A stretch of 46,645 nucleotides of DNA from a virus. Taxonomy: Duplodnaviria > Caudoviricetes. Position numbers and translations under genes: made by a program. A model generated the notes under the pieces. The model was not told the origin of the DNA. It worked only from the letters and a program-made list of their open reading frames with translations, and searched no databases. Shown one piece after another: positions 1 to 7,517 of this stretch (the first letter of the stretch is position 1; the number at the start of each line of letters is the position of its first letter). The stretch is from IMG/VR virus record IMGVR_UViG_3300033406_000405, positions 1 through 46,645 of that record; one strand, given 5' to 3'.

Positions 1-204
1 TCATAATAGTGGGTTTACATACAACTCCTTTCTGGTGATCCCGAGCGCTTTAGCGATCTTATCAAGCGTTCCGGGGTCACCTCTCATTTTGTGCCGTTCG
101 ATTTCTCCCAGTGTCGATTTAGGTACATCGGCAAGTACAGCCAAATCTTTTTGATATTTAATGCCTCGTAATTTTCTATATTCTTTGATGTAGTTACGCT
201 CCAA
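1..204 (-). CDS. XRE-family helix-turn-helix regulator (67 aa)
   Basis: IKEYRKLRGIKYQKDLAVLADVPKSTLGEIER...LDKIAKALGIT HTH_3 pattern. TTG at 204 with AGGAGG (211-216) 6 nt upstream is preferred over the ORF-track start at 270. Confidence 0.85.
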   Translation of the reverse strand: MERNYIKEYRKLRGIKYQKDLAVLADVPKSTLGEIERHKMRGDPGTLDKIAKALGITRKELYVNPLL

Positions 205-262
205 CAGTACCCTCCTCATTAGGAGCCGGATAACTACTATACTACAACAAAATATGATTAGC

Positions 263-269
263 TTCGACA
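263..269 (-). promoter_or_regulatory. Spo0A box (TGTCGAA) upstream of the XRE gene
   Basis: Exact TGNCGAA match at the -35 position relative to TATAGT (236-241). A 7-mer can occur by chance. Confidence 0.4.
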
Positions 270-406
270 CTTCGTAATTTGTTGAAATTTTCGGGCATAA
301 AAATATAATTCATTCTTGGCTCGTTGTAAAATTCCTCCTTATTTTTACTATTATTGTAATTATTTTTAATTAGTTACTTATTATTACATTATTCACCATA
401 TTTTTA

Positions 407-482
407 CTACAAGTAAGTGATCTTACTTGTAGATTGACTTGTAGACGGCTTGTAGATGACTTGTAGATTATAATCTACAAGT
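407..482. repeat. Phased CTTGTAGA array with two palindromes (candidate oriT, parC or iteron site)
   Basis: CTTGTAGA at 426, 438, 449 and 460 (spacing 12/11/11). Inverted repeat CTACAAGTAAG-tgat-CTTACTTGTAG at 407-432. Perfect 24-bp palindrome ACTTGTAGATTA-TAATCTACAAGT at 459-482. Very AT-rich flank at about 340-405. Confidence 0.9.
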
Positions 483-573
483 AAATGCCCTTACACCCAG
501 TAACTGCCTGCCAAAACTGTAATTGAATAATAGAGAGTGAGCGCAAGCCAGTCGCGCATGGAAATTGGACAAG

Positions 574-753
574 TTATTTAGTTGTTAGCCATTGAGCAAT
601 ATAGGTCACCCCCGACATGGCTGCACTCCATTTTAGTATCCGTCCAAAACTATCCGGCACAATAAAAACAAATAGTAGATAAATAACAAGCGTCACAAAT
701 ATTTCAAGGAAAACCGTTCCTCCACCACTTAAAAATTGTTTTATGGTTTCCAT
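574..753 (-). CDS. Small membrane protein (59 aa, hydrophobic hairpin)
   Basis: ATG lies 1 nt after the upstream stop (TAA-T-ATG). Hydrophobic VFLEIFVTLVIYLLFVFIV, then PDSFGRILK and a second apolar segment. Confidence 0.7.
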   Translation of the reverse strand: METIKQFLSGGGTVFLEIFVTLVIYLLFVFIVPDSFGRILKWSAAMSGVTYIAQWLTTK

Positions 754-754
754 A

Positions 755-997
755 TTATTTGCCAATACCAAAAACGGCAAGAATAGCTACCAAAGCGGAC
801 AACACAACAGATGCCAAAGACACTACACTACCAGTCATCCCCACCGCGTCAGCGAGTTCTGCATACCATCCCTTCTTGCTGGCTGTCAGTAACGCTTTTA
901 GCAACGCCACCACCAAACCGGTTATACCTATTCCGATGCACATGAAAGCAGGCGTTCCCGGCTTGATAAACTGCCAAACAAATTCTGAGTAGGACAT
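755..997 (-). CDS. Two-TM membrane protein resembling SpoIIIAC/AD family
   Basis: GGAGGAG RBS at 1006-1012. GLVVALLKALLTASKKGWYAELADAVG...ILAVF aligns without gaps to B. subtilis SpoIIIAC as recalled from memory. Confidence 0.6.
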   Translation of the reverse strand: MSYSEFVWQFIKPGTPAFMCIGIGITGLVVALLKALLTASKKGWYAELADAVGMTGSVVSLASVVLSALVAILAVFGIGK

Positions 998-1584
998 TTT
1001 TTTATCTCCTCCATTGCTTTAATTTGAAATTCAAGTTTGGAATTTACCTTTGGAGGTTTTTCGCTAACCACCAATATTGGTGGAAATCTCTCTGTATATT
1101 TAGTCCACCACTGCCCCACGTATCCGTCGATATTGAACCATTTTTCGTACTTTTCCACCTTATCGAATTTATTAAAACCCCTGTCGTACTCGATAAAAAC
1201 AAACCTATGTTTATTGGTCACAGTATTGTAAATACCCATTAACCCGTCCGGCCGTAATGCCCCATAGTTAACTTCATAATGAAATGAATAGGCCTTTTCC
1301 CAGCTCCGTAAATTAGCTAATAGCCATACTCGCACCCAGTTTACACCAAGCCGGTGTTCAATCTGCCCAGGCTTTTTCTCTGCGTAATAAATATACGGTT
1401 CTCCTATGCTGTCTCGTGATTTTTTAACTTTCTTCAATTCTGCCAGCCGTTGCATTCGCTTTTGTGCCATTTTCATCGACGGAAAAAACATCTGAGCTAA
1501 TTGGTATATGTCTAATACTCCCCATTCAGCCAGAACCTCTTGTATAAGCCTATCGCGGTAGTAGCCTTTTTGGCGATTGTTCAT
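928..1584 (-). CDS. Replication-relaxation (Replic_Relax / MOB_C-type) protein
   Basis: N-terminal wHTH (RDRLIQEVLAEWGVLDIYQLAQMFF...AQKRMQRL), IEHRLGVNWV, RPDG...FIEYDRG...KVEKY nuclease-like motifs, FPPILVV. Confidence 0.85.
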   Translation of the reverse strand: MNNRQKGYYRDRLIQEVLAEWGVLDIYQLAQMFFPSMKMAQKRMQRLAELKKVKKSRDSIGEPYIYYAEKKPGQIEHRLGVNWVRVWLLANLRSWEKAYSFHYEVNYGALRPDGLMGIYNTVTNKHRFVFIEYDRGFNKFDKVEKYEKWFNIDGYVGQWWTKYTERFPPILVVSEKPPKVNSKLEFQIKAMEEIKKCPTQNLFGSLSSRERLLSCASE

Positions 1585-2650
1585 TTTTCCATATCAACCC
1601 CTGCTTGCCGGAAAGTAAAGCCCTGGCATCCGATACCGGCAGATACGGCACTTGAACCTCTAACTGTCGTTCCCACTGATAAATTGCCCTGCCCTTAACC
1701 TCTGCTAACATAGCCGCAGCATCATTGTCTAAGAGCATTCGGGAGTTTACCGCGTCGCGCATACGGAATACCAGACTAGCATTTATTAGTGCGCGTGATG
1801 AAGTCCACCCTGGCCACATATCGCTTGAAGGCCGTTGCGTGCTAAGTATTGCCGCGAATCCTGCCGCCCGGCCCAGCCTTAATGCCCGGTTAATTAGCGT
1901 TTGGCAGACTTCGTCTTGCATTTCTGCTAGTTCGTCGATCACCAATAGCATAAAGGGCATGTGGCCTACATACTCCTGGATTTTTACACATCCGGCTTTT
2001 TCGAGAACATCAAGCCGCTTATCAATTTCCTTATTTATAGCTGTTAGCACATCTCTCGCCTGTGGAATGTCGGTTACAACCAAAGCATGCTTCTTCAAGT
2101 ATGTAAACTCCAGGCGCTTCATATCGACGATTACGGCATAGATTTCACGGGTCAGTAATAGATTGCAGACCAATACATGAATTGAGTTTGATTTACCCCA
2201 CCCCGGCATTCCCGCCACCATCAAAAACGGGCTGTCTGCCAAATCACGGATTACTGGGCCTGTGGCCGATTGACCGAAATAAGCTGGCAAATAGGCCCCT
2301 TTTAAATCCGTCATTTCAAATTTCAATACCGTGGGAATCGGCTCGCTGAGTACCGTTAACACAACGGCTTTCCCCCTTTTTTCAATTTCTACGCAGCCTG
2401 AAACGACATCCCCAAAGTAGTGCTTTTTGCTCTCCAAATCCCGGTAAGACACCCCGGGCGGCAGATGGAATACAAAATGGTGTTGGCTCTTATTCTTGTT
2501 GTGTGCTATCACGATAGGATGCGGCTCCTTTGGCCACAATGCTTCTAATGTATCCAAAACACCTGCCTGTATTTCATTTCCCTTTCTGTGCCGCCATGCC
2601 CGCTGAACTGCACTAACGACCGGGGTTAATATGCTGTCATCTTTTTTCAT
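1550..2650 (-). CDS. FtsK/SpoIIIE-family ATPase without TM segments or gamma domain
   Basis: Walker A GMPGWGKS, IVDMK, Walker B LLVIDELAE, LGRAAG, STQRPS, KGRAIY. Confidence 0.92.
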   Translation of the reverse strand: MKKDDSILTPVVSAVQRAWRHRKGNEIQAGVLDTLEALWPKEPHPIVIAHNKNKSQHHFVFHLPPGVSYRDLESKKHYFGDVVSGCVEIEKRGKAVVLTVLSEPIPTVLKFEMTDLKGAYLPAYFGQSATGPVIRDLADSPFLMVAGMPGWGKSNSIHVLVCNLLLTREIYAVIVDMKRLEFTYLKKHALVVTDIPQARDVLTAINKEIDKRLDVLEKAGCVKIQEYVGHMPFMLLVIDELAEMQDEVCQTLINRALRLGRAAGFAAILSTQRPSSDMWPGWTSSRALINASLVFRMRDAVNSRMLLDNDAAAMLAEVKGRAIYQWERQLEVQVPYLPVSDARALLSGKQGLIWKNEQSPKRLLPR

Positions 2651-2659
2651 AAAAACCCC

Positions 2660-2875
2660 TCACATAAATTGGCTAAAATCCACGTTGTTACTGCTCACCG
2701 CAACCGCGCCTAATCTCGCGTCAATGAGCTTATTAATCAGGGCTTCAATATTGCCCGTGTCTAGTTCTGTTGCAAGTTTCTGCTTAACCCAACGAGAGAA
2801 ATTAGGCAATCCCTGACTGTATCGAAATAACTCTGCATCATCATCCGTAAAATACACTAGCCTTGTTTTTGCCAC
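2660..2875 (-). CDS. Small ribbon-helix-helix-like DNA-binding protein (ParR-like adaptor candidate)
   Basis: KTRLVYFT strand, then helices with NFSRWVKQKL. Overlaps the 3' end of the ParM gene. Confidence 0.65.
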   Translation of the reverse strand: MAKTRLVYFTDDDAELFRYSQGLPNFSRWVKQKLATELDTGNIEALINKLIDARLGAVAVSSNNVDFSQFM

Positions 2876-3663
2876 ATTCTCGCCCCCAGTGTGTGATAAC
2901 CAATTGCGTTTGCATATATCGGATTGCTTACTTGCCTTACTTTATAGTGCTTGCTTAAATAAGGTTCCAACGCCCCTGCACCACCTCCGGTAAGTAAGAC
3001 CGTCTCCCCGGAATATTTCACCCATAACTTACTGAGATCCGTGATAATTCGTCTACTAAACTGCTCTGCCTTATCATCCGCCTGTAATTCCATACAGCCA
3101 TAATCTAACGTACCGGACTGTAAGTCGCGGTACTTTTTGTTTTCGTCAATTGTTACTGTGTTGATCGTACGGCTGCCCGCGTCGATCACCCTGCATTTAC
3201 CGGGAGGAGACTCCGCAATGTAAGCCCCTGCCCCCTCAATAGTGATAATGATATCGGCTTCTGCAAGCCGGATATGTTTTTTCACTCCGTTGATTTCAAT
3301 GTCATAAATCCCGGCAAGTAACCGCCGCAACTCAGCTTTCGTTTCCGGCGTATGCTGGTCAACAGGCAGGCCCGTTACGAGTTGCACACGTTCCGTTTCA
3401 GCAAGCAGCGCAATGGCTGTCAGGGTAAGGATTTTGGTTTCTTCGTGGATTTTACTCTTAGTGGTCATATCCCGAGCGTATCGACTCTCATGCTGGGCAA
3501 GCTCTCCGACGAAATACCGTTGGCCGTTGATGCTGACCTCGTAATTACCTCCCTCTGTTATTTTTCGCTCTCGCCATTCGCCGACTACCGACGGATATGT
3601 CAGGCGGCGGCCATTAAATATGGCCTTAACGGCGTGGCGGCCACAATCTACAGATATAGCCAT
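2857..3663 (-). CDS. ParM/StbA-family actin-like ATPase
   Basis: Phosphate-1 ISVDCGRHAVK, LVTGLP, EGAGAY, phosphate-2 VIDAGSRTIN, LLTGGGA, YANAIG. GGGAGG RBS. Confidence 0.9.
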   Translation of the reverse strand: MAISVDCGRHAVKAIFNGRRLTYPSVVGEWRERKITEGGNYEVSINGQRYFVGELAQHESRYARDMTTKSKIHEETKILTLTAIALLAETERVQLVTGLPVDQHTPETKAELRRLLAGIYDIEINGVKKHIRLAEADIIITIEGAGAYIAESPPGKCRVIDAGSRTINTVTIDENKKYRDLQSGTLDYGCMELQADDKAEQFSRRIITDLSKLWVKYSGETVLLTGGGAGALEPYLSKHYKVRQVSNPIYANAIGYHTLGARMWQKQG

Positions 3664-3691
3664 CTATATACCTCCCAATATAGTTACTGCT

Positions 3692-3720
3692 GCAGTATGT
3701 TGTTTGCTATATAGATATGC
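3692..3720 (-). promoter_or_regulatory. Putative sporulation sigma (sigmaE-like) promoter of the ParM operon
   Basis: GCATATC-N14-CATACTGC upstream of the parM RBS resembles the sigmaE pattern (K)CATAtt-N14-CATAcaaT. No good sigmaA promoter is seen on this strand. Confidence 0.35.
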
Positions 3721-3779
3721 TGGATGTGTATAATTTGATGCCTGTATTGGTTAAAATAGAAATAAAAAAATCCCCCCCT

Positions 3780-3977
3780 TTAATCTGGAGGATCAATTAA
3801 TTCTTCAATATGACATTGAAGTTTTCGCGAAATGTTCCATGCCCATTCTAAAGAAGGTTGAATTTCTTGTCTCTCCCACCTAGAATACTGATTTTTATTA
3901 ACCCCCAAAAACATTGCAAACTCTGTCTGGTTCATCTCCCTCTTGTGTCGCCAAGACTTTAAATTATTTTTCAGCAT
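3780..3977 (-). CDS. XRE-family helix-turn-helix regulator (65 aa)
   Basis: NNLKSWRHKREMNQTEFAMFLGVNKNQYSRWERQEIQPSLEWAWNISRKL. Confidence 0.9.
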   Translation of the reverse strand: MLKNNLKSWRHKREMNQTEFAMFLGVNKNQYSRWERQEIQPSLEWAWNISRKLQCHIEELIDPPD

Positions 3978-4064
3978 AACATCATCCTTGCAGGAATATA
4001 GTAGTAATTAACAGTATTTCTATATAATGTAAATAATACCCTTTATTTAGGAAGGAGTTTTGGC

Positions 4065-4553
4065 ATGGTAACCCGATATAAGCTTTTAGTATTTTCTCTA
4101 TTATTTGCAATATTGTTTTCTCAGTATGGATATTGTTCTGGTAGATACTATCAACTGTATTCTAATTCTTATGGGACATTTTCTTTAGATACTTTTACTT
4201 TAGAAGTTAATAGTAATACTACTGGCATCTATTTTAATGCATGGATCATGATACAATACACCGAAGAAGGAAGATATCAGGTAATTGCGGATCGGCTAAA
4301 GTTAGGCCTTCCGGTTTTTGGGTATCAAAATCTTAAATCTTCTCTATGGAACTACACATTTGCAACAAACGGAACACGAAATTTTTTTAAAAATATGCAG
4401 TGTATAGAATATGATACTTACGATAATATTCTATGGAATTATACGTATCCATCTTCTAAACCGTTTCAAGAAGCAATTCCAGGTTCAACAGTAGAATCTG
4501 ATATATACGGAATATCACTTTATTGCTCATCAAATGGAATTCAACCCAAATAA
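4065..4553 (+). CDS. Secreted protein, paralog 1 (surface-adhesin-E-like)
   Basis: AAGGAG RBS, N-terminal signal peptide, C-terminal FQEAIPGSTVE motif. Low GC. Confidence 0.65.
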   Translation: MVTRYKLLVFSLLFAILFSQYGYCSGRYYQLYSNSYGTFSLDTFTLEVNSNTTGIYFNAWIMIQYTEEGRYQVIADRLKLGLPVFGYQNLKSSLWNYTFATNGTRNFFKNMQCIEYDTYDNILWNYTYPSSKPFQEAIPGSTVESDIYGISLYCSSNGIQPK

Positions 4554-4601
4554 ATGGTCAGTCATACGATGTTGTAAATATATTTAATGGAGGGGTTAAC
4601 T

Positions 4602-5096
4602 GTGAAAAGGCTTATTACGTTCTTGCGATTATTTGTTTTTACAATCTTATTAGGAGCACTATTTACACAACAAGGTTATTGCTCTAGCAGATATTATCAT
4701 TTAGAATCTAATGAATATGGAATTTTCTCTTTGGATACGATAACTTTTCACGTTACTAAGGATAATAATTGGATTTACTTTGATATTTGGATTAAAGATG
4801 AATATACTGAAAAAGGGATAGAAGATTATAAAAAAAGCAGACAATCGAAAGGACTTCCTACAAAAGGTTACGAAAAAACAAGTTATTCTTTGACTCACGA
4901 AATATTTGCTACAAATCCATCGCGTAAAATTTTGGCACATGTGGGTTATGCTGTTTATGACAAATATGGTACTAGTATAGAAAATACCACATTGTCCTCA
5001 CTTAAGTATGAAGAAGTTATTCCGGGTTCAGTAGGAGAAGCTCTCTGTAATGAGGTAATAAATTATTGCATAGCAAATAACATATCTCCACAGTAA
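4602..5096 (+). CDS. Secreted protein, paralog 2 (surface-adhesin-E-like)
   Basis: GTG at 4602 after GGAGGGG. Signal peptide. GYCSSRYYHLESNEYGIFSLDT and YEEVIPGSVGE match paralog 1. Confidence 0.65.
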   Translation: MKRLITFLRLFVFTILLGALFTQQGYCSSRYYHLESNEYGIFSLDTITFHVTKDNNWIYFDIWIKDEYTEKGIEDYKKSRQSKGLPTKGYEKTSYSLTHEIFATNPSRKILAHVGYAVYDKYGTSIENTTLSSLKYEEVIPGSVGEALCNEVINYCIANNISPQ

Positions 5097-5124
5097 AACT
5101 AAATAGGTATTCAATATTTCCAAA

Positions 5125-5173
5125 ACACAAACAACCCATAGCCAGTGAAATTATGGCTATGGGTTGTTTGTGT
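5125..5173. terminator. Bidirectional intrinsic terminator
   Basis: Perfect 20-bp stem ACACAAACAACCCATAGCCA / TGGCTATGGGTTGTTTGTGT between convergent genes. Confidence 0.85.
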
Positions 5174-5178
5174 ATATT

Positions 5179-5409
5179 TTACTTCTCCACAAACCACTTA
5201 CCTTCATCGTCAAAAAAATAAACCTGCTTACCCATGATCTTACAGGTGTAGCGTATACCCAGGCCGCCGCCTTTAAGTGAGGCGGCTTTTCTTACATCAG
5301 TAAGTCGGTCTATCTCGAACACGCGTCCATCCTTCCACTTTAAACTTAAGGGGCGAACTGAGCCGTCGACATTATGTCGAGCCGTAACTTCCACGAATAC
5401 TTTTCCCAT
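5179..5409 (-). CDS. Small beta-rich protein associated with DinB cassettes
   Basis: GSVRPLSLKWKDGRVFEIDR...KGGGLGIRYTCKI...KWFVE. ATG at 5409 after AGGTG, directly after dinB. Confidence 0.75.
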   Translation of the reverse strand: MGKVFVEVTARHNVDGSVRPLSLKWKDGRVFEIDRLTDVRKAASLKGGGLGIRYTCKIMGKQVYFFDDEGKWFVEK

Positions 5410-5414
5410 ACTTA

Positions 5415-6650
5415 TCACCTAAAAAAGGATACTGGATGAATTACATTATCGTCTTTCGGACTGAATCCACTTAACTGCGAATCTTTCATCATAATGCACC
5501 GTTGTATACAATATGATCCAAAACGTTCACGGAGCTTATCAATGGTTCGTTCAATAGGTTCCTTATCTACTTTGTTCCAGAATAGATCAAGTTGAATATT
5601 CCCTTCTGCCGTTACTAAATCGGCACCCCGAACACCCAGGCTGCGGATCGGTTTATCCCATGTATAATTAGTCTCAAATAGCTCTAACGCTTTTGCTGCT
5701 ATATCATCCGAAATAAATGTTGGCACCGGAATTTTCCCCGGCCTCTCAAACGATGATAATTCGTTATTCCGCACACTTATTGATACAGTGGTGCATTTCA
5801 GCCCGTGTTTTCGAAGTCGCGCTGCCACACTTTCAGCCAACACATAAATAATAATTTTCACATCTGCTATATTCACTAAATCTCTGGCAGTAGTTGTGCT
5901 GTTGCCAACAGACTTTACAATACTCTCCTCACCAACCAGGCGCACCGGTGCTGAATCAAGGCCATTAGCGAACTGCCACAAGGTTTCTCCCCAAACACCT
6001 AGAAGCAGCTTTAAATCCCGTACATTACGGTTTGCCAAATCACCTATAGTAAATATCGCCCGATTCTCTAACTTCCTTTTAGTTGCACGACCAACATACA
6101 ATAAATCACCTACCGGCAACGGCCATACAGTTTGCCGGTAGTTTTCCTCCGTAATAACTGTAGTCGCATCCGGTTTCTTCATGTCGCTACCGAGTTTAGC
6201 AAATATTTTATTCCAGGAAACACCTACCGACGCAGTGACCCCCACTTCCTCCCGCATACGTTTACGAATAGTATCGGCGATAGCGGGACCATCACCTGCA
6301 GTCAGCTTTGAACAAGAAACATCGCACCAAACCTCGTCAATTCCAAATGCCTCGATTTGGTCAGTGTAATCAGCATATATCTCCCTGGCCATTCTGGAAA
6401 ACCGCAGATACTTTTTGAAGTCCGGCGGTACAACAATCAGCCCCGGGCATTTTTGTTTGGCCTGCCATATGACATCGCCGGTTTTAACCCCCATTTGCTT
6501 AGCATGGTAGTTCTTCGCCAAGACAATTCCGTGACGCGCATCTACATCACCGCCAACAGCTACCGGGAAATCGCGAATCTCTGGTCGATAAAGGCACTCC
6601 ACGCTTGCATAAAAATTGTTTAAGTCTACGTGCAGGATTGTACGATTCAT
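5415..6650 (-). CDS. dinB: Y-family DNA polymerase (Pol IV/DinB-like)
   Basis: ILHVDLNNFYASVE, FGIDEVWCD, SVGVSWNKIFAKLGSDMKKPD, clamp-binding QLDLF. Confidence 0.93.
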   Translation of the reverse strand: MNRTILHVDLNNFYASVECLYRPEIRDFPVAVGGDVDARHGIVLAKNYHAKQMGVKTGDVIWQAKQKCPGLIVVPPDFKKYLRFSRMAREIYADYTDQIEAFGIDEVWCDVSCSKLTAGDGPAIADTIRKRMREEVGVTASVGVSWNKIFAKLGSDMKKPDATTVITEENYRQTVWPLPVGDLLYVGRATKRKLENRAIFTIGDLANRNVRDLKLLLGVWGETLWQFANGLDSAPVRLVGEESIVKSVGNSTTTARDLVNIADVKIIIYVLAESVAARLRKHGLKCTTVSISVRNNELSSFERPGKIPVPTFISDDIAAKALELFETNYTWDKPIRSLGVRGADLVTAEGNIQLDLFWNKVDKEPIERTIDKLRERFGSYCIQRCIMMKDSQLSGFSPKDDNVIHPVSFFR

Positions 6651-6667
6651 TTATCCCCCGCCTTTTT

Positions 6668-6681
6668 AGAACATTTGTTCG
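6668..6681. promoter_or_regulatory. LexA (SOS/Cheo) box
   Basis: AGAAC-ATTT-GTTCG matches GAAC-N4-GTTC. A degenerate second copy CGTACAAATGTTTG is at 6728-6741. Confidence 0.85.
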
Positions 6682-6689
6682 ATGGTTTT

Positions 6690-6718
6690 ATTATAAGGCG
6701 GGCGAGGATACAAATCAA
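6690..6718 (-). promoter_or_regulatory. sigmaA promoter of dinB
   Basis: TTGATT-N17-TATAAT, flanked by the two SOS boxes. Confidence 0.75.
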
Positions 6719-6863
6719 GGCTGAAATCGTACAAATGTTTGGTTTAAATATTACCAGCCCTCTTCTCGCGCGGGAGGCTAGTATTGTAAGCATAGGAAAA
6801 ACAGAAAAGACTAAGAAGAAAGTAAAAAAGGGTCTGGCGTAAATTTAACTCCATTAAAACGCA

Positions 6864-6900
6864 AAATAGCCCCTCAACCAACCAGGCTGAGGGGCTATTT
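6864..6900. terminator. Intrinsic terminator-like hairpin
   Basis: AAATAGCCCCTCA...TGAGGGGCTATTT, 13-bp stem. Confidence 0.7.
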
Positions 6901-7328
6901 AATAAACTACATAAGTCAAACTTTGATATAATAGCTATAAAACCATAATTCACAGGAGTGTATATGAAAGCAACTGTATATAAGTCTTTTTTTCTAGACC
7001 AAGCCCTTCCTATTATCGACTTAGACCGAATTTCTGTTGCGGCTTATGCTGGTGTTTTATCTGTAGCCAGCTTCGGCAATGCAGTTAGTTTTCGCATACC
7101 GGCTTAATCGTTGAGCCAGGGCAGGCGTATTTGTCGGCAGCTGAATGGCGTTAAAGTCGTAGAAAAAGTTCAGGACTCAAAAGATAAGATGCTGGATATT
7201 CTACTATAGCACATTATATTTTCCAATAACCCCCTTACCCGAACTGGATAAGGGAGTTTCATTTGTTTCGCTACCTCTTCCCTTAATTAACTTCTAATAT
7301 TTTATCGTGTATTGCAGGAAATTAATGC

Positions 7329-7364
7329 AAAAAAAAATAAGCTAAGACAAATATATCCTAGCTT
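7329..7364 (-). terminator. Terminator downstream of the MCP gene
   Basis: Minus strand AAGCTAGGA-loop-TCTTAGCTT followed by A and a long T run. Confidence 0.7.
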
Positions 7365-7517
7365 CGAAGGAAGATCAGCATTTTATTGTACTTTTCGCAC
7401 CTAATTAAACCCTTTTACACCCAACTTGAAATGCCTAAGCTATAGGATAAAGCTCCCCCATTCATGGCGAAAACAGTAATATTAATAAAAATCTTAGTAA
7501 AGTACCAATAAAAACCT

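Noticed and set aside
407-482. Repeat array as a CRISPR array
   Set aside because: The units are 8 bp with 3-4-bp gaps, there are no spacers, and no cas genes are present.
6744-7220. 69-aa ORF and a GC-richer patch at about 7000-7180 as genes
   Set aside because: The ORF crosses a terminator hairpin and has no RBS. The patch may be a decayed gene, but no family was recognisable.
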